A stretch of 64,000 nucleotides of DNA from Octopus vulgaris (lineage: Eukaryota). A program made the position numbers and the translations under genes. Below are positions 38,031-50,024 of the stretch, in pieces. The stretch lies in NCBI GenBank assembly GCA_951406725.2, contig OX597840.1:21886001-21950000 (forward strand). Reading direction: 5' to 3'. The notes under the pieces are model-generated. The model was not told the origin of the DNA and ran no database searches. It was given only the letters and a program-made list of their open reading frames with translations. Position 1 is the first letter of the stretch. Every line of letters begins with the position of its first letter.

Positions 38031-38169
38031 TATACGTAAACATAAGAGAGTGACCACTATGTGGTCGACACTAGCACTAAAAATAGATCCGCTGAAATAG
38101 ATTCTTAGCGGATCTATTTTTAGTGCTAGAGTCGACCACATAGTGGTCACTCTCTTATGTTTACGTATA
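38031..38169. repeat. 63-bp inverted repeat, one mismatch, 13-nt loop
   Basis: Arms 38031-38093 and 38107-38169 compared base by base. Confidence 0.95.
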
Positions 38170-38444
38170 TATATATATATATACATATTTGCACATATAG
38201 ATACATATATCCATACATATGCATACGGCCATACACACACATGCACATACACACACACACACACACACACATAAATGCATACATACAAACGTACATGCAA
38301 ACATGTACTCACACAAATATGCTAAACCTTTACAAAAGTAATGATTGTTGTCTTTCTCTTTCAATTAAAAAGCAAAACAAAAGGAAAAAAAAATAAAAAA
38401 GATCTGCAATATACTGTATAAGGATTGTTATTATTATTATTATT

Positions 38445-39000
38445 GAGTGAGAGAGCAGTGCATGCCCTCAAAGTGACACTGGGGTAAAATATACGAAGCC
38501 CGGTATCCCCATCATGACTACCCATCTGATAAGGGTACACCAGGCACATGCATCACAACCCTATGTGTGTGACATGGTGATCTCATATTAAGATAAACAG
38601 CGCATGACCTTGCAGGTGGGGCCCAGTTAGAATTTTCTTCAGATCGAGTAACCCATCCTGCTCAAATGGTCCCTGAATAAGGGTTGTTTAAGGATGTTGA
38701 ACGAAACACCCATGTTTCCAGAGGTGGATTATCCAAACCCCAAAGAATCCCTCTCAACACATGGCTATGATGCTCCCCCATTACTTCTGCTCATGATCAG
38801 AGATGCACATATCATCAGCCACCAAGGGACATGCTCAACTGGTTAAGGTCAAACAACTGACAAGCAAATCTGTGGTATTGAGCAGAATATTTGCTGTAGC
38901 CCATCTTTTATACCAAGACAAAACAATGTACATGATAACACTTGCAATCAGTTAAGATCAGAAGCCATGAGAGCCACTGCCTGGTACTGCATCAGGGCAC
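38445..39000. mobile_element. 556-bp element inserted in a (TTA)n microsatellite
   Basis: Complex sequence bounded directly by (TTA)n on both sides; no TIR seen. Confidence 0.5.
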
Positions 39001-39045
<45 letters not shown>

Positions 39046-39425
39046 GTACTTAGACACATATTCAGGCCTTGTGCCTTTTGTAGAAAGAATTATTATTACT
39101 TATATGACCATGGACCATGTATAAGCAATTTATATCGAACTTCACGAGAAATATCAATATTCCACTTGATACTTTATATCAGACAAGACCAGACAAAAGA
39201 CACACAAAAAAACAAAAAAAAACAAAAACACTAATATTTTATGATCTTTTGCTATTTTTGCTATATTCCTTTAATTTTGTTTTTATGTTCATTTTTAAAA
39301 ACCAATAAATCAAAACCATAATAAAGGCATTTAAACATTTTGGAATATAAATTTATTGTTTCAAGGAAGGAATAAAAAAAAATTGCCTGATTAATGCCGA
39401 TCTAGTTCTTGTTTTCTTTATATCT

Positions 39426-39610
39426 TTACCTCCGCCAAGGAAGGAGGTTATACTTTCATCGGCGTTTTGTTTGTCCGTCTGTGTGCAAAATAACTCAAAA
39501 AGTTGTGATCAGTATTTGATGAAACTTGCAGAAAAACTTGATAATGACACAAGGAACAAATGATGAAATTTTGGTAGGGATCCAAGAATTTTTATGGATT
39601 CTTGAAGGAT
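39426..39610 (+). mobile_element. Helentron/HINE (DINE-1-like) fragment
   Basis: TTACCTCCGCCAAGGAAGGAGGTTAT hairpin start, followed by GTTTGTCCGTCTGT repeat and ATAACTCAAAAAG..GATGAAACTT. Confidence 0.6.
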
Positions 39611-40591
39611 TTGTATGTATGTGCATGTGTGTGTGTGCGTCTCTGTATGTTTGTATGTATGTATTTATGAATGTATATGTGCAGATTTACATGTTTTACT
39701 TTATGTATGTATTCTTATGCATATAGCTACATATCTAGACATGCTCATATATATTTAAATGATTAACTTCTGGAAAGTTTTACAGTTCCAGTGATGGATT
39801 GGATCTGTAGTCTTCGAATCAGCTTTCTCCTTTCTGGCTTTGAGAAGCCTAATTTCTGAAGACTGGTATTGAGGCAGTGTGTTACATATCCTAGGGCCCC
39901 AATAATTACAGGTACAAACCTGAACTTGTAATCTGGATAGAGTCACTGCAGATTTCTCAATAGTTCAGCATAGGTGTTCTCTTTTTCACTAATCTTTTTC
40001 CGTAATCATTGTATTCCAATACCTGTCACTTTTCACTGATTAGCAGATGTATATTTACAAAAAAGTCTTATATGACATGCGGACTGACAGTCTCTCGTCT
40101 CCGAACAAGACCAAACAATATCGATTTGCTAAAGTATTGCAGATATACGGTCTGTTCTGCAACGACATGATATCCTTGTTGCGTCTCCTTCACGATCCCT
40201 CCTTTCCATAAAGTGACAAGCGACTGTGGCTGTAAACCAACTCATTCCCAAATGGTATTTGAGGCTGGTGGCACCAGTTGTTAAATCAGGCACCTCTTTT
40301 ACACGTATTGAGTACACTGTTCCAGTTTTGACTGCATCTCTTCTGCTTCCAGCTGTTCCAGCAAAGACAAACCAAGCTGATCTTCCTTACTGAAAGGTTG
40401 AGCCTTTTGTCTAAGGAACCACTCTCTTTTGATACAGACACAATACAGGCTACGCTTTCAGGTTTTTTGGATAAAGCTTTCAGAAATAACACAATAAGTT
40501 TACCCTTAATTCCGTGAAATATTCACGGGTCCCAGTCAGTATGAGTTGTCTTTCTTGGATCCGACAGAGTTAATTCCCTTGAATCGTCAAA

Positions 40592-40645
40592 ATGGCTGAG
40601 CTTCAAAAACGTGTTTTTCACAAAATTCGTCGATTTCTTTCTTTT
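40592..40645 (+). CDS. MBIP: MBIP coding exon 1 (MAELQKRVFHKIRRFLSF)
   Basis: caaaATGG start context, |gtaagt donor, phase 0. Confidence 0.7.
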
Positions 40646-42556
40646 GTAAGTAAAACAAACCCTTGTCATTATTTGGGAGTTAATAATCTTTAACGTAAAC
40701 GTGCAAAGTGTAACAAATATAGTTTTTGATTGCTGTATTTCCAATTAAAACAGCAACAAATTAAGTTTATCGATTGACGTCGCAATTATTTTATAAAGAT
40801 TCGAGAAATAATCGAAGATCGATCATCGAATAAAGTCTATAAATAATATCGTGTAAACATTGCGTTGATAAACCGTTTTGGATAGAAAAGACATCGAAGG
40901 TTGCCCCACGCCTGTCATGTCTGCAGGAGACGTGGGTTCGAGTCCTACCAACAGCCTTCAACTTTTTCGATCCCAAAGCGTTTTTCAACTTAATGTTTGT
41001 CTGTTATCTCTTATTTGTTTCAGTCATTAGACTGCGGCCAAAGTCTAATGACAGTCTGCGTACTTATATACGCTCATGTGTCTATAACAACATACATATT
41101 CTGAGCGCCTTGTTTCCCTGGGCATGGATTCACTGAAGCTCCGGCGACTGGCGACGGACTTGGTAAGCACCCACAAAGTTATCAACCACCTCACCAACAA
41201 CAACACTGAACACCTTTTTGATCTCCATGTGTCTAACACACGTGGACATGCCTACAAAGTCAGAAAACAACACAGCTCCAATGACTTTCGGAAACATTTT
41301 TTCACGCTCAGAGTTGCTGAAGCATGGAACAAACTGCCTGCGTCAGTTGTTGACTGCCATGACACTGCATCCTTTAAGGCCCTCATGCTTTCCGAAATCC
41401 GCCGAACCTACACCTGATTATATATACACTTTAGATGAGTTGTAGTGCACCTGAGCACTGTACACAATGTTTTTATTATATATATATATACACTTGTATA
41501 CACAAACTTATTAAGACATATTTATCTGCTGCAGGTAATCAACGACCAGAAAGTGGCGACTGACAGTCTCGACCATTGCTTGCTCTCTGCTCCTGATATA
41601 CCGAAGGAACTTTTTGTACCAGCATTGGACCATTTAGTAAACCAGTTAACTGTAAGTATCAACAGAAAAAAAAACTACCAGATTCTATCAAATTCTTTTG
41701 TCTAACTGCTGAGTTATGGAGATGTAAACAAACCAACACCAGATGTCAAGTGGTGGCGAGGGACTAACAGAAAGATACACGCACACACATACATACAGAC
41801 ACACACATATGTACATATACAGTTTATACAGACATATAGATACATACACACACATTAACATAGATACACACACACACACACATACATACCCACACATACC
41901 CATCCTCATTCCTCTCCTTCCTCCCCCTCTCCTTCCTCCTCTTCCTGCCTGGGTTCTTTCAGCTTTTAACTTGCTTTCTGTCATTGAACTGTGGCCATGC
42001 TACAGCACTGCATCCAACGGGTTTTTAATTAATAAAAATCACTACAGTAACTTATCCTTTAAGTGCGGCACTTATTTTGTCTGCCTCTTTTGCTGAACTG
42101 CTAAGTTACATGGACATAACCAAAGCAACACCAGTTGTCAAGTGCTGGTGAGGTGTGGGCAAACGCAAACACCCACACGCATGCATACATTCATTTGCAT
42201 ACGCACACATGCATAAGTATGGGGCAAGAAATGTGCTTAAGGGGTGCAAACCCAGGTCCAACCCAAGACATTGAAAGCTTTTACATTGCCCCCCTCCACC
42301 TCTCCAATTTTAGGGATGCAAACACCCCCACTGTTCTTGAGTCTACACACACACACAGATATATATATTCTTTTACACATTTCAGTTATTTGACTGTGGC
42401 CATGTTGGAGCACAGCTGTAAAGGGTTTTAGTCAAACAAATCAACCCCAGGACTTATTCTTTGCAAGCATTTTACTTATTCTGTTGGTCTCTCTTGCTGA
42501 ACCTCTAAGTTACAGGGACATAAACATACCAACATCTGTTGGGGAGACAAACAAAG

Positions 42557-42587
<31 letters not shown>

Positions 42588-45500
42588 CAACCTCGAATCC
42601 ACAAGAGTAAGCAAGAGAGACAGAAACAGGCAGAAATAAGGAAAATGCCCCTTGTATTTGAACACTATGCAAATATTCCTTTAAAAAACTTTTCTTTTAA
42701 TTTTTCCGAAATTTAAGAGTTTTCCATACTTACAGTTGAAAAAGTCTCAATGACTGAAACCGGTACTGAAATGTTTTTTATAAAATTATTTTAGCATTTT
42801 CTACCTTGACTTGTTTTTCCATATATATATATCTGTGCATATGCATATATATATATATATATATATATATAATGGGCTTATTCCACACACACACATAGAT
42901 ATATGCCACTAGTATTACTTCTGCTGTTGCTACTATTTGTTTTCCAGAAAATCAAAAGTGAATTAGAAACCCTAAAGTCTGACCCCCCGACTGAGATTGA
43001 AGAGATTCCGTCTTCTGACAATGGCGATACATATACAGAGATACCCCAGGCAGCTGCACAGACAAGCCAAGAAGCCACAATGCCTCCACAGTTTGCCTCC
43101 GGAGGTCAAAAGGTTGAGTTGGAGGTTGATTCTTCCATGAGAAAATCCTGCATTGATAAAAATTTAATCCAAATCACAGCAAATAAAGCTGAGGTAATAT
43201 TTTTACTTCTAGTTATAGCTTTGATTGTTGTTTAACCCTTCAGCATTCAGATTACTCTCTCAAATGTAATCCTTATTTATTCACATTGTCTTGAATTAAT
43301 CATGGATTATCTTGTAGCTCTGAGATTTCAATGACATGATTGTATACTTTTAGAATAACATTGTAGGATGGGTGTGAGAGGCAAGATCTGGCTGGCTCTA
43401 TAATGTAGAATATTTGGTAGAATATCTGAGCTAGTTATGACCCATTTAATCCTTTAGTATTCAGATTATTGTGTCAAATGTAATCCTTATTTAATCCCAT
43501 TGTCTTGAATTAATTAAGCATTATCTTGTAGCTCTGAGATTTCAACGATGCGATTGTTTATATTTCGAAAGACATTGTAGGGTAGGTGCGAGAGGCAAGA
43601 TCTGGCCAAATTGAACGTAAAACAGGTAGAATATCTGAGCCAGATACGGATGGCTAAAGGGTTAATACTGAAAGCCTTTTACCTTTTATTTGTTGTTGCT
43701 GATTAGTCCCAGATCAACTCTGTTGAGCAGGTGTTCTAGTATTTTTGTATTCTAGTAACACCCTGGAAATGCCTTATTCATTGTGTCCTGCCTTTATTTT
43801 CTTTTTTCTAAGATGATAAGGTAGGATCTGAGAAAGATTTGACTGTTATTTGTAGCAGGTCAAGTGACTGCATAGAGCTTTGACTTTTAAGCATCCAGAT
43901 TACCAAGCTGTGTTGTTTTCTTGAGCAAGACACTTTATTTCACATTGTCTCCCATTCACTCAGCTGTAGAAATGAGTTGCAATGCCACTGGTGCCATGCT
44001 GTATTGGCCCCTTTGCCTTTCCCTTGGATAACATCAGTGGTGTGGGGAGGCGAGGCTAGTATGTACAAGCAACTGCTGATCTTCCATAAACAACTTTGTC
44101 CGGACTTGTCCCTCAGAGGATAACATTCTAGGTACATTCCCATGGTCATTCTTGACCAAAAGGGATCTTTACCCTTTATATACATACATACATGTATATG
44201 TATGTAAGTCCGATTCTTTGACTGGGCTGTGTGTTCTTGAGCAAGGCACTTTATTTCATGTTGCTCCATTCCACTCAGCTGTAGAAACGAGTTGCAACGT
44301 CACTGGTGCCAAGCTGTATCGGCCCCTTTGCCTTTCCTCTTGGACAAATTCGGTGGTGTGAAGATGGAAGGCTAGTATGCATAGGCAACTGTTGTTCTTG
44401 CATAAAACAGCCTTGTCTGGACTTTGCCTCAGAGGGTAACTTTCTGGCTGCTATCCCATGGTCAATCATGACCGAAGAGGGTCTTTACCCTTTTAATCCA
44501 CTTGAGTTATTTCCCTTGTTTCACTTTTGTATTTTTGAATTATGCAAATTAGACTGGCCATCAATCTTAGTCATTTATTTCATCATCATCCTCGTCATTG
44601 TTTTAACATCCACATTTCCATGCTTGCATGGGTTTGATGCACTATATTGAGGCAGATTTTTCTACAGTTGGATGCTCTTCCTGTCACCAACCCTGACTTG
44701 TTTACAAAAGATGTAATATTTCACTCTAGCGAGATCTATTATAACAGTATTTTGGAAATGAACGACACTGTATAACAGGGACAATCATTTACAATTGTCA
44801 CTTAATACTGTCAAGACAAGGAGACACAAACCTGTCTCTTATCTGTATATGTATTTTCACTGTCTATCGGACGTTAAACGACAATGATGATGATGATGAT
44901 GTCCGTCTCTATTTCTCTCTGTCTCTTCCTGTACTTGTTTGTTTCTCTCTCTTTCCTTCAGTATATATTACTCTCTCTCTCTCTCCCTCTCTCTCTCTCT
45001 CATATGTTCTCCTCTGAATACGTTTCACCCTGATTCTCTCCTTACAGATTGACAGGCGGATTGCTGCTTTCATTGAACAGAAAAGGTTGGACGTTGACGA
45101 GGAGAACAAACGGGAATTTTGCTCGGAATTCTTTCCGTATCACAGTAAGCACATTGTTCTATTACCTCTCCCTTTTCCTCATACACTCTTTCATCTCTTG
45201 CCGCAGCTCATTCTCTGTCTCTTATTCTAACATGCATGTGTGCACACAGCTATGCTTATTGCAGTTGCTGCATATATAAGTGCAGGCATGGTTGTGTGGT
45301 AATAAGCTTGTTTCTCAACCACATAGTTCCAGGTTCAGTCCCACTGTGTGGCACCTTGGGCAAGTGTCTTCTACTATAGTCTCAGGCTGACCAAAGCTGT
45401 GAGAGTGGATTTGGTAGACGGAAACTGAAAGAAGCCCATCATATATATTTATATATATATATATGTATATGTGTGTGTGTGTGTGTGTTTATATCTATGT

Positions 45501-46996
45501 GTGTGTGTGTTTGCCCACCACCACCACTTAACAACCAGTGTCAGTGTGTTTATGTTCCTGTAACTTAGTGGTTTGGCAAAAGAGACTGACTGAACAAGTA
45601 ACAGGCTTAAAGGAATATGTACTGGGGACGATTTGCTTGACTAAAATTCTTCAAGGCCAAGTCCTAGCATGGCTGTCATCTAATGACTGAAACAAGGGAA
45701 TGGTATAGGATGAAGATGTATGTATACACACACACACACATTCATATTGGGTTCAATTTTTGGCACAAGGCCAGCAAGTATGGGGAAGGGATTAGGTCAG
45801 TTAACATCGACCCCAGTGTGCAACTGGTATTTATTTTATCAAACCCAGAAGGATGAAAGGCAAAGTTGATCTGGTCAGAATTTGAACTCAGAGCATAAAG
45901 ATGGACGAAATGCCGCTAAGCATCTCTGCCCTTAGCTTGCTAATGATTTCGCTCACCACTTTAGGCCCACACTCATATTAATAAATGAACATTTGCATAT
46001 TTCAGTGGAGAAAGAACACTGTGCTAGGACAGGGGCTGTGTTTGTCCCCCGGTTTGGAACCAGGAGTCATGTTACTGGTAAGTGCCAACCTTCTATCTCT
46101 GTATCTTTCATCTTTCCTTAAAAATCTCGCCTGTCCCCACCTTTCCTTGTAGCCCTTATAAAACTATAACTCCTTTGCAAAAGCCTTTGGTATTTAGTTC
46201 TTCTTCCTCACACTTTCTGGCCTTGTCCTAATCTCGTGAAATCTCTGTTCTCTTATTCTACTTGTTAAAGCTTTGAAATATTACCACATGTGATCATGTG
46301 ACCGTAAGAATAATAAATGAGCGGTAATTGTAATCAGCCAGTGTGTATAATTAGTGGCAAAGATGACTTGCAGAATATTCTCTCTCTCTCTCTTTCTGTA
46401 TGTTTGTGTGGGAGGGGCTCTGAAAGGGGTCTCAGGGAGTAGCATCCCTGCCTTCCTGAGCTAGTTTTCTAACCACATTTCTTAAAAATCGTGGTAGAGG
46501 TCTTGGTCTTGGGACCACTCTTGTATATAAACTGAGGCTGGTGGGTAAGCAAGGGCATGCTCCCTGTAGAAAATCCAGCTCCAAAAAGGCCTTTTGATAG
46601 CAAAAGATAATGGGCACCAGCCAGCCAGCCCAAAGGTTGGGGGGGGCTGCACCTGCCTACCTCGGTTACTATGGCATTGAGGTAGATCCAGTTACACCCT
46701 TTATCAGGGACAAGACCCGGATTTAAAACACTTGATGATGATGATGATATATATATAACTCATCAGACTGCAACCCCCATTGTGTGGGGCACAGTTGAGT
46801 GAGAGACCAACAAAACTTCTTGTAACACCAAAGATGAACTGAAGGCAAGGATTATGGCAGCATCCACCAACTTAAACAAGGAAACCATCCAGGAGATTCT
46901 GAAGTCATCTGGAGGTCGTGGTTGAAGCCAATGGCGATTTTATTGAATAAATTTACTCTTTAGTATTTCAAGATATTTTTCTGTAATACATACACT

Positions 46997-47028
<32 letters not shown>

Positions 47029-49521
47029 ATGTGGAATGGGTAAGTACATATGTCCTCTACCAAACCCTGTTTCCTTTTGTCCTTTAAATGTATTTGCTTT
47101 CTCGTTGACAGTGTCTCGTATAGAAAACATCAATGGCCCACAGCTGCACATTCCCAGCAGTGTCCCTTCCTTTTCGTTGTTCTCCAAAATTAAACAGGAA
47201 ACAGAGAACCCAGTTGCAGTGAAACAGGAACCAAGCAACTTGTTTTCAGGAGTTGAAGAACGAGTCTCCAACATGGCATCTCACCTCCACATAGAATGTA
47301 AATAGCACAACTTTAATGTCTTACTTTGTTTTGTGTATGCATTTATACACACACACACATACACACACACATCCTGTGTGCATGCCTTTGTGTATGCACA
47401 CTGACATTACACATCCAGTGGAGCATACTAGCTTCATTCCTTGCAAGCTTATGCATGTCCTCAGCAGTCACAGCCATGTTTCACTGCCATGTAGCATGGC
47501 TGTTCGCACACATGCATCATACAGTCTATCTTTTACTCTGAGCGAGAGGCTCTTTGTCATTAGCAGAGGCAGGAGCTCTCTGAACTTAGCCCAGGCTATT
47601 CTTATTCTAGCAGTTACACTTTCATAGTATCTACCCCTGCAACTGACTTGGTCACCTAGGTAATGGAAGCTATCAACTACTTGTAGTTTTGCCCTCTGCA
47701 ACGTGACAGAAGCTGTTCTCTGCACATTTTCAGTGTTTATTGCTCCTGAGCATTTGTCTCACACACAAAAACTATCTTCCCAGTCTTCCTTTGATTTTTG
47801 CTGCACCTCTAACGTGTGCTGCACCTATTTTAATAGAAACAGCAACAAAAGGTTTAATTTGCTTTGTGATTATTTTAGAAATGCTTCAAATTTATTTCAA
47901 TATGTATTGACATAATTTTAAACTGTAAAGGTGTAGAGTAGGATATTGTGTGATTGGCACACCTGTAACATCATCATTATTATTTAACACCTGTTTTCCA
48001 TGATGGCATGGGTTGGACAGTTTGACAGGGATTGGCAAGGCTGGAGAGCTGCACCAGGCTCCAATTGTCTATTTTGGCAAGGTTTCTATGGCTGGATGCC
48101 CTTCCTAATGCCAACCCCTTTACTTGGAACTGACACAGGGGATTAATACTTGCAATTGGCACGGGTACTTTTTAAGTGACCTCAGCTTGGCTGCTTTTTG
48201 CAGGGCACTGGGATGGGTGCTTTGTATGTGGCACCGGTGTGAGAGTGCTTTTCACATGGCACTGAGACTGGTCCTTTATCCCGGGGTACTTTTGTGTTGT
48301 ATACATCTCCCTGTAGAGTGTGTTATTGTGTGTTCACCATGTATTTGTATATAACATAATGATTGAGCTTTTGTTGACTTTGTCTTTGGTTGAAATTCCT
48401 GCAGATGACTCCAAGAAATCTCAAGTCTTTGACACGTTGAAACAACTGGAAAAAAGGATTCTGTTTCTTGAAAGTCTCTCACCAGAGTATTTTGAATTTC
48501 ACGTGAGTATATTGGTTATTGTAGTAGTAGTGGTGGTAGTAGTAGCAGTGGTAGTTGGGGTGGGGTTGTGTTAGTTATAGTAAGCTAGTAATGTGATGTG
48601 GAAGTATTAAGCATATGTCTTGTGCTGTAGATATTATGGTATTGGTTACAGTAGGTGGTGTTAGTAATCTGGTTTTTGTTTCTTTTGTTTCAAGAACTAC
48701 TTGTATTTAGGAAATACTTATTCTGAATTTCAAGTTTTTTTTTATGTTAAATTCTGAGAACCCAGCTTCTGTGAGAATTAACTTTTGAAAAAGCATATTT
48801 AGAATTTTAATGACATTTTGGCTGGTCTTTATAGATTCTGATTCTACTTTGGTTAGATGTGTGTCTGGGAATCTGAACATCTTTTCTTTCTCCCTGCAGA
48901 ATCAGTTGGCTCCTGAGAGGAAACGGAAACAATTTGGGAGCAGCAGTGGTGCCAGTAGAAGTGAAAACCACTCCAATCAGGTAACAACTCTTCCTTCTCC
49001 TCTCTCTGACAATTTCCACAGAAGGTGCAACGGTACAGCTTTACCTTTGGCTTGTTTCACTCATTAGACTACAGCCATGCTGGAGCACTGCTTTGAAAAG
49101 TTTAGTCAAATAGATTGACTCCCATCTTAAGGCTGTGGTTGAAACTGGCTGATGGCAGCTACTTTGAGTAAACCATTATATCCCTGCCATAAAAATCCAG
49201 TTGATATTTTGTAACTTTTTAAAATACTTTTATTTTTGGATGGGATATGGTTTTCTTTTCCTTTTATAGTTTGAAAACTGTCAAGTTTTGCCTGAACATC
49301 CTGTACACACACACACACACACACACACAACAAGCTTCTTTCAGTTTCTCTCTACCAAATCCACTCACAAGGCTTTGGTCAGCCTGGGGCTATAGTGGAA
49401 GACACTTGCCTGAGGTGCCATGCTGTGGGACTGAACCCAAAATCATGCGGTTGGGAAGCAAGCTTCTTACCACACAGCCACGTATAATGAATTTTACTTA
49501 AAACACTGCAAACTTTTTTAC

Positions 49522-49557
<36 letters not shown>

Positions 49558-49826
49558 TGGACATTTTCAGTTTCTGTCTACTAAATACACTGACAAGACT
49601 TTGATTAACCTGGGATTTTAGAAGACCCTTACCCAAAGTGGCCTGCAGAGGGACTGAACCTGCAATCCTGGGAAGCAAGCTTCTCAACTCCTCAGCCACA
49701 TTAACTCCATTATTTAATAATTTGATATTTTGTTGTCTTTTCTAGGATTTGAGTATGTGGGAAATCAACCATCGGATGAAAGCCCTGCGGGAGTCATTGA
49801 AGCAGAAACGGATGAGAACCATGTAG
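40592..49826 (+). CDS. MBIP: MBIP, MAP3K12-binding inhibitory protein 1 (ATAC complex subunit), about 343 aa, 9 coding exons
   Basis: join(40592..40645,41535..41651,42948..43193,45048..45144,46006..46077,47112..47297,48405..48502,48900..48980,49746..49826) = 1032 nt, open frame, GT-AG. MBIP motifs: IQITANKAEIDRRIAAFIEQK..NKREFC, CARTGAVF..SHVTVSRIENINGPQ, GVEERVSNMASHL, LEKRILFLESLSPEYF. Confidence 0.93.
41050..41470 (+). mobile_element. CR1/L2-group LINE 3' fragment; older copy at about 1390-2010
   Basis: SLKLRRLATDL..K..NTRGHAYK..RKHFFTLRVAEAWNKLPASVV..ASFK. Confidence 0.8.
41535..41651 (+). CDS. MBIP: MBIP exon 2 (VINDQK...ELFVPALDHLVNQLT)
   Basis: ctgcag| and |gtaagt, phase 0-0. Confidence 0.75.
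42588..42820 (+). mobile_element. Penelope-like retroelement 3' remnant between (TA)n tracts
   Basis: Decayed RIHK..EIRKMPL..H segment reminiscent of a Penelope GIY-YIG C-terminus, followed by a minimal hammerhead; flanked by TA repeats. Confidence 0.45.
42730..42771 (+). ncRNA. Minimal type-I hammerhead ribozyme-like motif, U3:A8 core variant
   Basis: ttaCAG-TTGAAAA-AGTC(tcaat)GACT-GAAA-CCGG-TA-CTGaaa. Confidence 0.6.
42948..43193 (+). CDS. MBIP: MBIP exon 3 (KIKSELETLK...LIQITANKAE)
   Basis: ttccag| and |gtaata. Confidence 0.9.
43236..43661. mobile_element. piggyBac-type MITE (tandem pair); same family at about 665-1150, 5245-5470, 9893-10110 and 14893-15244
   Basis: TTAA-CCCTT(T/C)AGCATT...GCTAAAGGG-TTAA termini with a shared internal sequence. 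Confidence 0.75.
45048..45144 (+). CDS. MBIP: MBIP exon 4 (IDRRIAAFIEQKRLDVDEENKREFC...)
   Basis: ttacag| and |gtaagc; signature motif. Confidence 0.95.
46006..46077 (+). CDS. MBIP: MBIP exon 5 (EKEHCARTGAVFVPRFGTRSHVT)
   Basis: tttcag| and |gtaagt; CART motif. Confidence 0.94.
46760..46985 (+). mobile_element. Tc1/mariner transposase C-terminal fragment (likely same family as 11637-12350)
   Basis: SSDCNP..VWGTVE.ETNKTSCNTKDELKARIMAA. Confidence 0.65.
47112..47297 (+). CDS. MBIP: MBIP exon 6 (SRIENINGPQ...GVEERVSNMASHLHIE)
   Basis: tgacag| and |gtaaat. Confidence 0.92.
47390..47830 (-). mobile_element. RTE-clade LINE RT fragment; another at 32130-32405 (+)
   Basis: VVDSFHYLGDQV..ARIRIAWAKFREL..LYDACVRTAMLHGSETW; RWMCNV..RWYGHVMRM. 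Confidence 0.8.
48405..48502 (+). CDS. MBIP: MBIP exon 7 (DSKKSQVFDTLKQLEKRILFLESLSPEYFEFH)
   Basis: ctgcag| and |gtgagt; SPEYF motif. Confidence 0.95.
48900..48980 (+). CDS. MBIP: MBIP exon 8 (NQLAPERKRKQFG...NHSNQ), basic NLS-like patch
   Basis: ctgcag| and CAG|gtaaca. Confidence 0.85.
49746..49826 (+). CDS. MBIP: MBIP terminal exon (DLSMWEINHRMKALRESLKQKRMRTM*)
   Basis: ttctag| acceptor; resembles the C-terminal helix of MBIP; TAG at 49824-49826. Confidence 0.88.
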   Translation, partial: DLSMWEINHRMKALRESLKQKRMRTM

Positions 49827-50024
49827 GAGGTCACCTGTTGCAGCATCATGGCCTCTGCATCATCATTGCCTTCACTCACCCACAGCATTGGACACCTCTG
49901 CCTTCAACGTTACTTTCATTATCACCATCATCATCATTTCTATATTTTATGGGTGCATCACATCATCACCACTCTCATCATCATAATCATCATCACCACC
50001 ATCAATCACCATCATCATCATTAA

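Noticed and set aside
38041-38080. Hammerhead in the 38-kb hairpin arm (GTGACCA..GACA-CTAG-CA)
   Set aside because: GAAA and UH are both missing and stem II does not register with the core
40040-40500. Small minus-strand ORFs upstream of MBIP as a divergent gene
   Set aside because: No recognisable homology or consistent splice pattern
49824-50024. Stop-codon readthrough extension of MBIP (frame stays open about 65 codons)
   Set aside because: TAG-G is not a leaky context and the open frame is largely due to (CAT)n repeats
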